Below are positions 13,076-26,500 of a DNA stretch of 64,000 nucleotides, in pieces. The notes under the pieces are model-generated. The model saw only the letters and a program-made list of their open reading frames with translations, did no database searches and was not told where the DNA came from. A program made the position numbers and the translations under genes. The stretch comes from Podarcis erhardii (taxonomy: Eukaryota), in the NCBI GenBank assembly GCA_964252035.1, contig OZ176206.1; one strand, 5' to 3'. Every line of letters starts with the position of its first letter. Within the stretch, counting starts at the first letter, position 1.

Positions 13076-15164
13076 TAAGTGAATGAGAAAATGAGTTATA
13101 TCTTTCCACCTCTGCCTTATCTGGGATTTGAAGGGAGCACCAGGAGTCCACATAGGAGTTTTCAGAAGAACCCTCAGGCTGAAATAATTCTAAAGAGCTT
13201 GAAGAGTGCAACACTTGCTATTGCTGATTTCATCAACCGGGTGCCCTCCAGTTGTTTTGGACTACAGCTCCCATAACAGCCAAAGATGTCATCCAAAACA
13301 CCTAGAAGGTACCAGGATACCAAAGGCTATGAAACTGAATGTAAGTGGTCTATGTAGATGCCACCTCCACTACATTGGGACACACAACAGAGCTTCAAAC
13401 ATAACTTAGAAAACACTAATCAACAATCATTTTACAAACACATTAGAACAAACCTGTTTCAAAATAATTTCTTGTTGTTTTTAGGACACCCCTCACAGAG
13501 CCACAATTCCCAGAACACTTAACAAACTGGTTTCCAGGATTCTTTGGTGGGAGCCATAACAGTTAAAGTGCTGTGAGAGTACTTTCAACATATGGTGTGG
13601 AAATGACTGTCAGTCCTAAATACATTTATTTATTTAATTTATGTAACAAAATTCATATACCGATTGATTGAAAGAAAATCTCTAAGCAGTTTACAAAATT
13701 ACTTATATTTAGAATATATCTTGCTAATTTATTTGGATTTTCTTTAAGCTTAGTTACAAACCTAGGCATGCTTTATTAGGATCAGTACTGATTGAAATAA
13801 ATGTGACTCACTTGCCAAATATTTTTAGACTGTTAATTATTCTTCTGTACATTTATCCTCATACAACACCACAACCATACCCTCTGTTTCCAGTCTTCAG
13901 GCTGTGATGCTGGTTTCTTATGCAGTCAAAACAGTAGCACCAGCACAACAGGAACTGATCAGCTGGGAGAAACAAAAAGCTGGGAACATGGTGTGGACCC
14001 CAGAAACAGCCCTATCAGAACTGAGATGGATTGCAAGTTGGTGGGGGTTGGAACAGGAAGACGGAGGTTGAGGAAGGTGAATTAAAAAGAGAAACCAGAA
14101 CCCTGGACTGAAACAGTTGCTTCATGTCCCAGTTTAATCTATTTTGGATTTAAAAATAAAAATAAAAATTGAAGGTGTGGGGCAGATATAAATGCTTGAA
14201 CCTGTATCCTGAGCAGCCTGACACACTTTTAAAGCAGATATAAGCCAAGGAGTTGTGCATGTCACTGTTTCCCCATGTATACATGGGTCTCTGAGCAGTT
14301 AAATGTTCGAACTAAGGACACACATTCATTTGAACCTCACCAACAAAGTGCAGCTACATTTCAAAAGCTTTCTGGGCTTTGGCAATTGGTTCAGCTGAAT
14401 TGAGCAATGCACAAATGGACCTTGGCATATGAGGGCAAGAACGTGATTGATCCAAGTACATGCATCAGCTTTCGGAGTAACATTACACGACTTTGCCAAT
14501 ATGCTGAGTATTTGAGACGTGATCTCTAGTTCTTCACCTGCTCTTATTGACAAGGGAGATGGGTGGGAAAGGGGCCCCACCACATTCAGATACAAAAGTT
14601 GTATGAATTATGGGGTGTGTGTTTCTCTTTTTGCCTGATTATCCCCCTATGACAGCCTTGCCTTCCTGTCTTCTGTTTATTCAGTCACGGGAAATATTTT
14701 CAGGTTGAGGGGAGTGTGGAAAGCCATCATTTTCACAGGAAATGTGCATTTCTCTTTATTTTCCAGTTAAGCAAGTTAAACCACATGAGCTGGAGGGCAG
14801 CCCAACAGCCTCTTCATTTATTTACCATCAAGTTGCAGAGGGTTGGAATGGGCTGAGATAACAACAGGCCAGAGACGCACAGTCACGATGCTTCCATATC
14901 TGCACAGTGGCTCCAGCTTATCTGCAGTCATAAAAACAAAAATGTAGGTAGGGTAGTTCTATTCCCTTCATTACAGCAGTTCGCTTATTTGTTGAAAGAT
15001 GACCTGAGTGTTGTTATCTGGGGCTTCTGGAAAGCCCTCCAAGGGGTGGGGGGAGTGAGGAGGGGATGAATTTGCCCCCTTGTCTTTCAAACCATATTAT
15101 GAGATTCTTTGGGGGAGCAACAATATTTCTGTCTAACTCACCAATTCTATGTTGAATTACTATA

Positions 15165-15385
15165 CAGTGGTATAGTACTTAATGGTTACGTACTTAATTC
15201 GTTCCGGAGGTCTGTTCTTAAACTGAAACTGTTTTTATCCCGAAGCACCACTTTAGCTAATGGGGCCTCCCACTGCCGCTGCCAGATTTCTGTTCTCATG
15301 CTGAAGCAAAGTTCTTAACCCGAGGTACTATTTCTGGGTTAGCGGAGTTTGTAACCTGAAGCGTATGTAACCCGAGGTACCACTG
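15165..15385. mobile_element. Tc1/mariner MITE, same family, opposite orientation
   Basis: TA|CAGTGGTA ... GAGGTACCACTG|TA; internal sequence is the reverse complement of the 12835 copy. Confidence 0.85.
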
Positions 15386-18300
15386 TAGTTATGAACATTC
15401 ACATGGGCTCAGGTATGAGTGCTACATCTTAAAGGCATCAATCCTTCTATTTCAAAACATTTCTGAAAATTAGCTCTTAGATCTTCATGAATATTACTCC
15501 TTCTCTGCTGGAAGCCTTCCACACATCCTGTACCTAATATCTGCATTGTTGATACCTACTCTGATGGCTACATAACAGGTGCTGCTTTGAGATCATGGGA
15601 GTTTCAGCCCCACCAAGGGCCAGCCATACAAAATGCCTTACCAGTCCCACATTCCTTTCACAAATTCAAGCAGAGTGAAATGTAATTTATGGTTGTCCTA
15701 CTCAGTCTTGTGCTTTACCACAGATTGGACTTGGATCTTGAAAACTAACCATAGGAATAAGACCAGAGCTGTCAAATGAACAAGCCCATCGAGATCATAA
15801 TTGTTGGGAAATAACTGGGAAATGCTAGTTATTCCTGAAGTCCCATTTGTGTGGGGAACTACAAAGAAAAAACGACTGACTGCTCAGAATAAAAACAAAC
15901 AAACATGGGACTTTACGCACTCTGTAGCCAAAACAGCCCCCAGAAAAGTTTAAAACTCAGATCTATGCAGCATTTGCAAAGTGTGGGAAATATAGCTTAT
16001 TAGACCTTTAAATGTCCAAGTGCTACGTGCTTACAGTTCTCTTCTGCCTCTAGCTTTCTCGGAGTGAATAGACCACAAACTTTAGTAAGTTTAAATGCTT
16101 TACTTACAGTAAACACATGTCTCACTCATGCATTGTTCAATACAACAGCAGAAACAACACAGGCAGTATATTATTGATTACAAAAGGCAAACACTAATCT
16201 CAAACATGTGGCCTAAGTCTGGAGTCCAAGTCTCAAACCTTTGCTCAGCTTACATGGTTCAACAGAAGAAGGAAAGGAACAAGAAACAGACAATACTTAT
16301 TCCCAAATGTGAGGGGGTGTGACCTATCTGTCCCTTCTCTAGTAATTTACAGCTCTGTGGTCTTTAACCCCTTCATTTACTAACTAGCATAGGTATGCAT
16401 TGTTGACTGCAAACAACTCCCACAATAATTACCCAGTTGAAATGGACAGCGACTTGGCCATAGAAAACATGGAGGTTACCAACTTGGCTCATGTTAGTGG
16501 TAACCAAAAATCCAATTGTACTTATAAAACAGATGATAGCAGCAGCTGTAAAAACCAGACATGAAATCAATAAGCCCCTAAGTAGGATGCAACAGAACAA
16601 TTTCCCTCAACCAGGCACCCTCCAAATGTTTTTAAGCACAACTTACATCTGTACTAGTTGGGGTGGGTGGGAGCTATAGTACAAAACATCTGGAGGACAC
16701 CAACTTGTGGAAGGCTAGAACAGAGAATTATGCCTAAATAATTACACCAGCGAGGTCTACCTTATTTGCCATTTTGTCTTTTCCTCTACGTAGATCTGCT
16801 AATTAGAGGTAGTTGCTCTTGCTTAAGTCCTTTTACTACCTTCCAGAGTTACACTTTTCTCGTCTGTGGTTTGATGTCTTATGGAGTAGGTCAAACCTTT
16901 CCTCAAACCAGTTACCGTCCTTGTTCCTGTGGAATACTCTGGCAGAAAGCAGAAACTTCCTCTGACATACCAAATAAATAGTGGCTTATTACTAATAAGA
17001 GTGGTTCTGGGGCACGATCCTGCTGGAAATCATTCCATCAGCAACACCCTATACATGTGCTCAGGGCCCTTCAAAGGCAACAAATTTCTGTCATGGATAA
17101 GCAGACATAAGGGAGAAGTGGTTGACTGAGCCAGGTAAGGAGAAGAGATGGCAGACTATTTTTCTTTCTGATGATAATGCTGCTGACCTTTGTCTCTCTG
17201 ATGTTTACTCCTCAAAAATATCTCTCTGATGTTCTTATTCTTTAAGTAAAGATTATTTCCCTCTGCTTGTTAAACCACAGCCATTAAACCAACCACTTTC
17301 TACAGCAACCTTAACTATGTTCCTGCCCTTCCCTCTTGTTCACAGTTAAGCATGTGGTCTTATGACAGAGAAGGATCGAAGGAATTTGGCATTTGGGCTG
17401 AGGATCATGACCATTGTCAACTTTGTCATACAGAAGAATCTTCTCTGGCCAGACCTTTAAGCCCTCTTTCTCGTTTCTCCACATGCAAACTCCTCCGTCT
17501 TGGCTGTAAGTCCTAGATGTCCTGATCCCTCCCTTGCAGACTTTTTTTCCACCTGGCCTGGGAGAGTGGGCCCCTGACTGACTCTAGCTACAAAAGCTGA
17601 AGCTTCACAAAATGTTCTTTGGGGGAGGGGGGCTTGCTCTTGGTTTTTCGTATCTTTATTTTAGATCTTGTTGTGATTTATGTGGACATTGTTCTGTTTG
17701 GTTCTGTTCTGTGTATTTTTTTAATGTTTTGTTTATTGTTCATGACTTTTGTTATGTTGTAATTACATATTCATGTTGTAAACTGCCTTGAGCGTGGCTT
17801 GAACTGTGGAAAGGCAGCATACAAATACAATTATGTATCTATATATGCTTGTAGCTTACTCTCCCATGTTGCCTTTATTGATGTCAATAATTGCATAGCT
17901 GTTACCCACAGTAGGGCCTAGAAAATGCTCTTGATTCTCTCCAGGCAGGGATAGTTTCATACAGCAGCAGCCACGAGGCACTTGGCACCCAGTATATGTG
18001 CTCACCAGTGTGCCCCTTGTAATTTTCCTTTTGGGAGGGTGGGGTCACTTCCTATGACCCCCTCCCTCCCGCCTGCTTTTACAGTAACTCCTGCAGAAGG
18101 CCAGGCACACAAGACCTTAGCAATGTGTGGGTCCTGGGCCTGGAATGTTTTCTTTCATCTCTAATCGCTGCACTGAGGCTCATAAATCATGTAGCCAAGA
18201 CAACAAGTAAAAACATGACTGTAATTTGTTTCTTCCTGGCCCATTTTTGGCACAGCAAAACCAGAGACTTTCTTGGCTGGGAATGATGATGACACCATAA

Positions 18301-18447
18301 CAGAAGGCGAGTGAGTGGACATCAACCTGGTGACTCTTCCCCCACCTTCCCTGCTTTCTTTTTAGAGGTGCCAGGAGGTAGTAGGATGCTGACAGTTATC
18401 TCACTGCTGACCATGCTGGATAAAGAATAACACAATTAGCAACCGGA

Positions 18448-18473
18448 TTGTGTGTGTGTGTGTGTGTGTGTGT
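18448..18473. repeat. (TG)n microsatellite
   Basis: Direct reading. Confidence 0.9.
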
Positions 18474-21083
18474 GCCACTTCTTTGAGGGAAAGAACGTCA
18501 TATTCATGTGTGTTTATTGTCACCAAAGGCACCTGATCAGATGGTGGAAACAAAGTTTTCAGATAAACAAATTATTTTTTTCATTTTTTTCCTTTTGGAG
18601 ATTGGAGGCAAAACAGGCCTGGTGGTGCAAGAAGTTTATGGACTGAAAAAAAGTTATGTTTTACATGATTGTCCTTATTTATATCACGTTCGCAGCAATC
18701 CTCTGCAGAATTAAGTGGAAGCAAACCTCACTGAACACAGTTATATTGACTTTGAGGCAAACATCCATGGGAATGGGCCACTGTATCCTAATTTCCTGAA
18801 CCACAGGTGACATGTTCCTGCTCCTAAGTAGTTTAGTGTATGAGTTCAAAACTGTCTCCCATGAATACATAACAATTGATTGTCTGTATTGTGGTGGGCC
18901 ACCTCATCCAGAACTGTTTCACGAAGTGGCTCTGGGAAGCTCTCAGATCAGAGCTGACAGAAAGCACCATCCCATGTCTGTCTCAAGCAAGTACACTCAG
19001 GCATTGACAGCTGGCCACCCCATTAGCCTCAAGCAGGCTTCACCACTGGATGCAACCAGATGTTGTGGACATGGCTCTTATAAGCCCCAGCATCATATGA
19101 CCATGCTGCCTGGGGTTCATGGGAGCTGAAGTTTGAAACATCTGGAGAGCAACGGGTTGGCAAAGACTGTCCTAGGGTAAGCAATGGCACCACTTGAATG
19201 GGCTGTGCTGTTGGGCCAGTGCTACACAATCCCACATAATTCTTCAGTTACTATTAAAAAGAAAAGAAAAAAGATAGAAACTGTTTTTTTTCTTCTTCTG
19301 AGAATGCCACTGCCTTTATGAGAACAGTTTCTACACAACTCCTAGTTGGGAGTCCTGGGAAATAAAGGCTTGGGATGTGTGTGACTTACTCATTTCTGAC
19401 TAGCCTGATAAGACCCAAGATGGACCCCACCACTGTTGTCTTCCTCCTACCCCTTTCCCTCAGTGGCTGTCAAAGAATATGAAGGGGGAGGGAATTCCAC
19501 AGATCTCTCTTGGGCCTCAGCTGAAACTCCCCATTCCATAGCTCACTGGAAGAAGAATGAGGAAAAACACATACTTATACCAGAGCCTGCCAAATGGAAA
19601 ATTATAAAACAGTGGGGAGAGGAGCATGATTGACACACAAATAAATAACACTTAGAATGAGACACGCTGTTTAAAAAGAAGGGAAGTTTTCTTTTCGCTC
19701 CATTCCTACTGCAGAAGTTATGACAAGCAACAGCTGACATCTTGTCAAAGTTGTTGGATCCAGTATGTCCCATTGAGTTCAATGGGCCTGCTCTTACGGC
19801 TGTCTGGATCCAGCACCTTATTTGCTGCCAATAGCTACAGCTGCTCTCTCCAACTCTTTTTCTGCATAACGTGAACTGGTGAAAATGTGCCTCCTTTAGC
19901 TTAATAGATAGTGGTATAATGGTAAATTCTGTAGTACAAGAGCTCATCTTGACACAGATAAATTTATAAGTGATGAGAATAAGGTGGTGCAATTGGGGCA
20001 GAGTGAGGCAGCTGCCTCAGGCAGCAGGGTGGGCAAAAAAAGAGGCAAGTGGAGCTCTCAGAGGGTGAGCTTGGTCTGGCAGATGACCATCTTCTGTAGA
20101 AACAAGCCTTTTTCACAGTCTTTCTAATTTACACATGGTGGGCAAGCAATTCCATTGGTGGGCATTTAGCCCTCTCGGTACCCCACCCTTCCCCAGTGCC
20201 ACCTGTATCCCAAATATTTTATAGCATAAAGGAAGGAAGGCAACACCTCTGCTATCTTTGTTATCTGCAAACAGAACATGCAGCACCCAGAAAGGGAAAT
20301 ACAACAACCTTTCAAACATTAATTAAAAAGTAATTCCCAACTACAGCGTTTGAAGCTTTCATGATTTGCAATTGCACGTTTAATTTTTTTAAAAATACAC
20401 TTTTCCAACAGGACTAGATATGACAGTGCTGCAAGCAAGCTATTTCTGGAACTCCGCAAGGCTATGGAAATGCAAAGCTCACACTGAATTTTAAACGGAT
20501 ATTTTGCTTGTGTAGTAAGAGCACAGTTAGGTTCTCTTTAAGCGGGTGACAGCAGGTGTTTATTTTAAATGCAGAACAGGTAATTTATTGGTGTTCCACC
20601 CATGTGCTCTGTTCCCTGCGGGTATCCGCCCTGGCCAAGGATAGTGTTCATGATTCATGTAATAAAACCAGTTTAACAAACCCGTTCTAGTGCCCAAGGT
20701 GAAAGAGTCCTACACGTGAGGTGTTTCACCATGTTTAAATGGCTGTTCCACTTTCATTACAGCCTTTTGGAAGCATAACAATGTGACAACTTTCCCCAAA
20801 GACTTTTTGAAAGATCTGTTAGTTGTGCCAAACTAGAGCCTAACAGCAACCTCCAGTATGTGAATAGTCCAGCATCATGTTCTCATGATGAAGAAGGTGG
20901 GCATCCCTACCAGCTGGATCCATGATGTGACTTGTATTGTTTTTGATGTTTTAATCTTCTTATTGACTTCATGTAATTTCGAGTCAGTATTTTGCTACAC
21001 CCTGCTCTGGGATTATTTTAGTGAAGAGCAGAACATTTCCCCATCCCTGAGCTAAGCCCTGAATGTTATAGGAAGTGTGTGCC

Positions 21084-21132
<49 letters not shown>

Positions 21133-21226
21133 TATTTATTTATATCCCGCCCATCTGGCTGGGTTTCCCCAGCCACTCTGGGTGGCTTCCAACAAAATAT
21201 TAAAAATACGTTAAAACATCAGTCAA
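21084..21226 (-). mobile_element. 3' tip of an L2/CR1-type LINE with an (AAT)n tail
   Basis: About 16 AAT units followed by TTTATATCCCGCCCATCTGGCTGGGTTTCCCCAGCCACTCTGGGTGGCTTCCAAC. Confidence 0.7.
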
Positions 21227-22683
21227 ATAATAATAATAATGCCTGTTTTGTAGCAATACACTCTGCCCAAGCAGGTCTCTGGCCATTACTTCCTTCATAC
21301 CTATGACCAGACTAGATTCAAGTGGGGGAAAACCATCCATGATGCCGTTCATCTGTTGGCCAGAGCCAAGGCTAAACGGGTTAACCCTCAAGCCTTTGCT
21401 GGATTGCCAAGAGAGGAATCATCACCCGCTTCCTAGTCCTGCTCTTCAGCACCCTCTTGTGGGATATGTACACACAGCCGCTTAAAGTGGATTCAGTGCA
21501 TCCACACATTGTCCTCATCCAAATGGCAGCCTGAATCCTACCCACAGCTGCTTTAATTTGGATTTCCCCAATATACAGATAACGCAGCAAAGGATATAAA
21601 GAAAATTTCGTAAGGGGAAAAAAGGCCAACATTGTGTGGACGAGTATTTTTATTATAAAAAAAACCTGGTGATGTTTTTTCTGGATGTCCTCTATTAATA
21701 CCCTCTGTTACTAAGTCCTGTACTTTCATTGGCAAACTGCCTCCATAGGCCTGAGGCAACACACTCACTTTTTTAAAAAAACACTGTTTTGTGCAAGTGT
21801 GGTATATCGGAAAACTAATATCTCAAAAATTAAAACAAATTGCCCAGTTCACAACAGGCCTCAGTTTTCCAGAACTCAGGGAAGATGGAGAATAACTAAT
21901 TAAGAGAAAGGAACAGCAACAGGTTGATTTCGGTAGACAACCTGTTTATTGAATGTTCTTCCTGATTTGTTTGTGGGAAGTTGTATGATACCTTATCAAG
22001 CATTTTTTTTTATACCACACTCTCCAGGGCATTGCCCCAGCGCTTTCCTTACTGCAAAAATCCCTTTTTATTTGGAAGCAGCTTTCTTGTGTAAGAGGGC
22101 CCAATCCACTTGAACTGCACCACCTCAGTTTGCCAGGAATGTATTGAAGTCCATGCCCAAAACAGTAACAGCCTGGAGACAGGTAATTAATAAATAATAA
22201 TAATTTTATTATTTACATCCTTCCCATCTTGAACCATTAATGGTGTTTGTACTCAATTCTTTCCTTCTACTCTTGTCTCTGGTTGACCAGGTTTGCCAGG
22301 TTTTTGAAAGGGGGGGGGGGAATAAAAACTTTGTTTACTAAAAGCAAGGTGAGCACAGTCAAAAAAATTTACCTGCCTCCAGCTCCAGCCTGTTGTTGTC
22401 ACAGGTCCTGTTGTTTTGCAAACCACACTTCCCCAGCCAGCTGCATTCCTAGCCTCCCCTTCCTGCAAATGTGAGACTGGGGAGCCAATGCGAGAGCAAT
22501 AAACCTGGGAGTGAGGAGGAGGAGAACATGGCAGCACAGTGAGAGAAGCAGGAGCAATTGGTATCAGATCAACCTCCTTTGGAGGGCATTATTTTATACT
22601 AATCGATAGGAACACATACTTTTGAGGGTAACTTTAATTATTTAATTATTTAACAAAAACCACATGCCACTTGATTGTAATAA

Positions 22684-22757
22684 AATATCTAAGTGGTTAA
22701 TTAAAATTAAAGTCAAACAATATCTAAGTGGTTAATTAAAATTAAAGTCAAACAATA
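22684..22757. repeat. Exact 35-bp tandem duplication
   Basis: AATATCTAAGTGGTTAATTAAAATTAAAGTCAAAC x2. Confidence 0.95.
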
Positions 22758-23533
22758 GGAGACTGTTAAAAACAGGAATTAAAAACATTCAAAAGATAAT
22801 GTTCCTGTGTGCTGGTGGAGATCTTGAATTTCACTCCGATTTCTACAGCAGAACTGTTGCTATCCAACCACTGTGATCAAAGAAGCGCATTCAATATATG
22901 AGGCTGAAAGCAGGGGTTTCTCCCCAGAAAGGCTGCTGTGTGTTTGGACTATATTTTTAAAGGGAAACAACATGCAATAATGCAAAACAGCCTGGGACTC
23001 CAAGGTCACATTTGACATACATCAACCCTCTCCCAGCTGGTGCCCTGAAGATGCTTTGGACTACAACTCCCATCAGTTCTAGTATCACAAGGTTGTGCCA
23101 GCTGGGGACTAGGTGAGTTGTAGTCCAAAGGGTACCGGCTTGGGCAAGGCTGGTATGCATAATTTTAAAGTGAGAATAAAGTAGAGAAGCTTTCTCTGGT
23201 GATGGTGTCCACACTCTGTTTAAGATGGCAAAAAATAATCTCAAATTTCACTGGAACCTATTTCCAAAAAGATTGCAGATGTGATCTATTCCTATGTGCC
23301 CTCCCAACCACAATCTCGGCCCACAAGCTTTGTCATCCTCCTTTTCCTCCTAGAGTCAAATTTCCCTGCCCAGTGTTTGTGGAAGCTGCCCAGCTGCCCC
23401 CTTGATTTCCATGGGCAAACAGAGACACCGGGAGGGCTTGGCCTCTTCCTTCTCCTGTGTTTCATGTGGGCTTCTAGCCAGAGGAGCAAGCAGATCCCTG
23501 CTGGGACCATCTTGCCTATCCTGCCAGGTTGAG

Positions 23534-26500
23534 ATGGCACTGAGGCGACAGACAGCTCCCGGCTTAGCCCTGCTGCTCTGGGCCCTGTGCAGGACTGCTG
23601 TGCCTGTCACCACGCCTGAGGCTGTGCTAAGGGAGCACCAAGGACATTGCTACCAGCTTGCTCAGGAAAGACTGGCTTTTGAGGATGCCCAGGCTGCCTG
23701 TGGCCGATGGGGAGGGCACTTGGCACAGGTCCCTTGGGAGGTGACAGGGACGTGGGGTGCTCTGAGAAGGAGGAGGGGGCAGCTGAGAGGGCCCTCTGGA
23801 GGCTGGTGGGTCTCCAAGGGCCCAACCAAGCCTGCGGTGGCAGGTAAGTCAGTCCTGTGGGGGCACCAGAGAGGGCTGGGCAGAGGTGGGAAGTTGTTTC
23901 TACTCCAGAGGGTGGAGGGTGTGTCCTGGTTTCTATCACAAAGGCCAGGTCCCTTTACACAGCTGACTTGGCTGTGGTTAAAGGCTGGGATTTGGGGAGC
24001 CACATTGAGGGGCAGGGTGTGGAGGTGGGGGGCACTGTGCTGCAGAGAGCTGGCTCTTTTGCTTGTAGTGTAGAATTCTGCTTATTTTCATCTGCTCTGT
24101 CAAGGGCATACCACCCCGCTCTGCCTACTGTGGTCAGATCTTACAAGAGGGCAAGGCCCTCACCTTGCCCTGCCCAGCTTGCCACCATGCCCATGGCAGC
24201 CTCTTATGTCTTTGCCCAGGAGCCCAGCCTCATCTGCATGGGGCTCACCATCAGCCCCCCACCTGCACCTTCCTCTCCAACCTGGGCCTGCTGCAGGAGG
24301 CTACCGGGCCCACGTGCCGCCAGAGGCATCCTTTCATCTGCGAATTTGGTGAGAGGCCAGCTGGGCTGCCAGGGTGGGATTGTGACACCCCCACTCCACC
24401 CCACCTCTGAGGACAGAGATGGCTCCTCCTGACCCAGGAGGGGCTCCCTTTCAGGATGGTCCTTTTTGCAGGTCCTGTGGAGGGAGGTGAATGCCCAGTC
24501 AAAGTGGCCAGGAGTGCCAACAGCTCCAGGCCTTGGCAAAAACAGAAGGCTCAGCTGGTAGGTGATGGTGGCCAGTTCTCTTCCCTCCAAGTCCAAAGCA
24601 AATAGGCTTTCCCTCCTGCTGCCTGAAACCAAACTCCAGCAGATGCACCAAGGCAGAGGATGGGGGGGGGAGCAATAAAAACAGCCTGTCTGCCACCTCT
24701 TAGCCACCCTCCAGACAATTCCTTTGGGCATGATTCCTGGGCAAGCTCCTAACAGGGAACCCTTTGCCCTGCCCCTTCCAAGAAAGCCTATTGGGTGACA
24801 TATCCTACCTGGCACAGTGGCACTGCTCTGTCCCACTCTTTTTTCTCTGTCTGCCTCCAGGATCTGACCTCCATGGGGCGGAGGCCACAAAGGCTCATGC
24901 GGCGGCATCTGGGTGATAAGCAGAAGTACCCAGGTGATGTGGGGATTTATTGATTTCTGAAATAATGCATTGAAGAGTAGGTCATCTGCAATTATAAGCA
25001 ATTGTGAGAGGCTGATCATCTTGGGTCATTCTGCTTATTTTAACAAACCCTTTAAATGCGCTAAAATAATATTTGTGCGGCTGAAAGGGGTATTTTATCT
25101 TATTTCTCATAGACCATCTTTTCCAAAAGATTGTAGATGTCAGCACAACCAAAATATATGCTTTCAATCTGCCTGTACAGAATTACAACTCCAACATTTA
25201 CCAATGGTGTTTAAGCTGTGCCCAAGGGGCAAGGCACCCGTGATTAACTGTTTTTAACAAGTTTTATTTCAGATAAACTTTTATTGCCATGTTCTACCTC
25301 TTCCATGGAAAGAGCCTGAAGCAATGCTCAGGATGAAAATAAGCAACTGTAATAATGTAAAAGCGGGAATATAACTAGTAGCCAGTGGTTCCCTTATCAT
25401 GAGGCTGATCCTTTTGCTGGTCAGGGCAGTGGTTTTCCCCTGAAAGGAAGCAGCTTGTTGAGACAGGCTCACCGCAAGGAGTTTGTGTTTATGGAGGCCA
25501 AAATGCCTGTTTCTGTGTAGGGGGACCCTGAGGGGAGAAAAGACTCTTGCTCATACTTCTCCTCTTGCCTCCAGAGACATCAGCAATCAGGGAGGCCTTG
25601 CAGGATGTTGTTCCCAGGACCTGGCAGCAGGTAAAAGAGCCCCACTGGGAGGGAGAATCTGGGGAGGGGACCCCCTTCAGCCCAGCCCCATTGAGGCCCA
25701 CAGCAGAGCCACCAACCTTCCTCTGGCTCAAGACAGCCAACCTCTCTTCTGGTGGTTAGCACAGGCCTTATGTAGGCCGGGAATCCCTTATTCAGTGATC
25801 TGCATTTGCCTGCCAGCATTTGAACCCAAACTCCTGATTCTGCCTGCAGGAGCTGCTCCAGCGACTGACACTGCCGGTGAACAATGGTGCCTGGAGTGCC
25901 TCTGAGCTGGTATGATTGGGCCCATGGGGAGGGCGGATGCCCCAGAAGGGACTGAGCCCCAACTCCAAAGGCTGTGTAGCTCCCATGGGGAACCTGAAGA
26001 AAGAGTCAGGCCAAGTCCTAAGAAGCTCTTTCCTCCAAGAGAGGTGATGGGGAACATCTCATGGAAGGAGTCGAGGGACCCCCATTAGTGCTGAGGGTCT
26101 TGGGCAATGAATGGGCATGGAGGAACATTAATATTATGTGCCTTTGCGTGCCAGGAAGAGGAGGTGGGGTTTCTTCAGGCTGTCAGTGAGGACCTGCTGA
26201 AAAGGAGGCCTCCAGCCTCCCCACACTGGCACCTCCTCAACCTCCTGGCAGTCCATGGCACCAGCCGGCTCCTGCAGGTTATTCTGGGCCCCTGCTCACC
26301 CAACGTCAACATCCAGGTGAGGATATGCCACACTCCCGGGTGCCCTGGTGGGGAGGGACAGGCCGGTGCATGGGTCCCTTCATCCCATATTGCCCCATCT
26401 TGGATGGAGATTGAGTCCCCAGTAACTGCCCACTTCTCCCTCCAGCAGCATGAGGCCCTGACTGGCACCCTGATGCAGATCCTTCACAAGCTGGAGCAAG

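Noticed and set aside
20340-20820. Non-repetitive stretch with Fox and E-box motifs resembling an enhancer
   Set aside because: Short motifs occur by chance and conservation cannot be tested here
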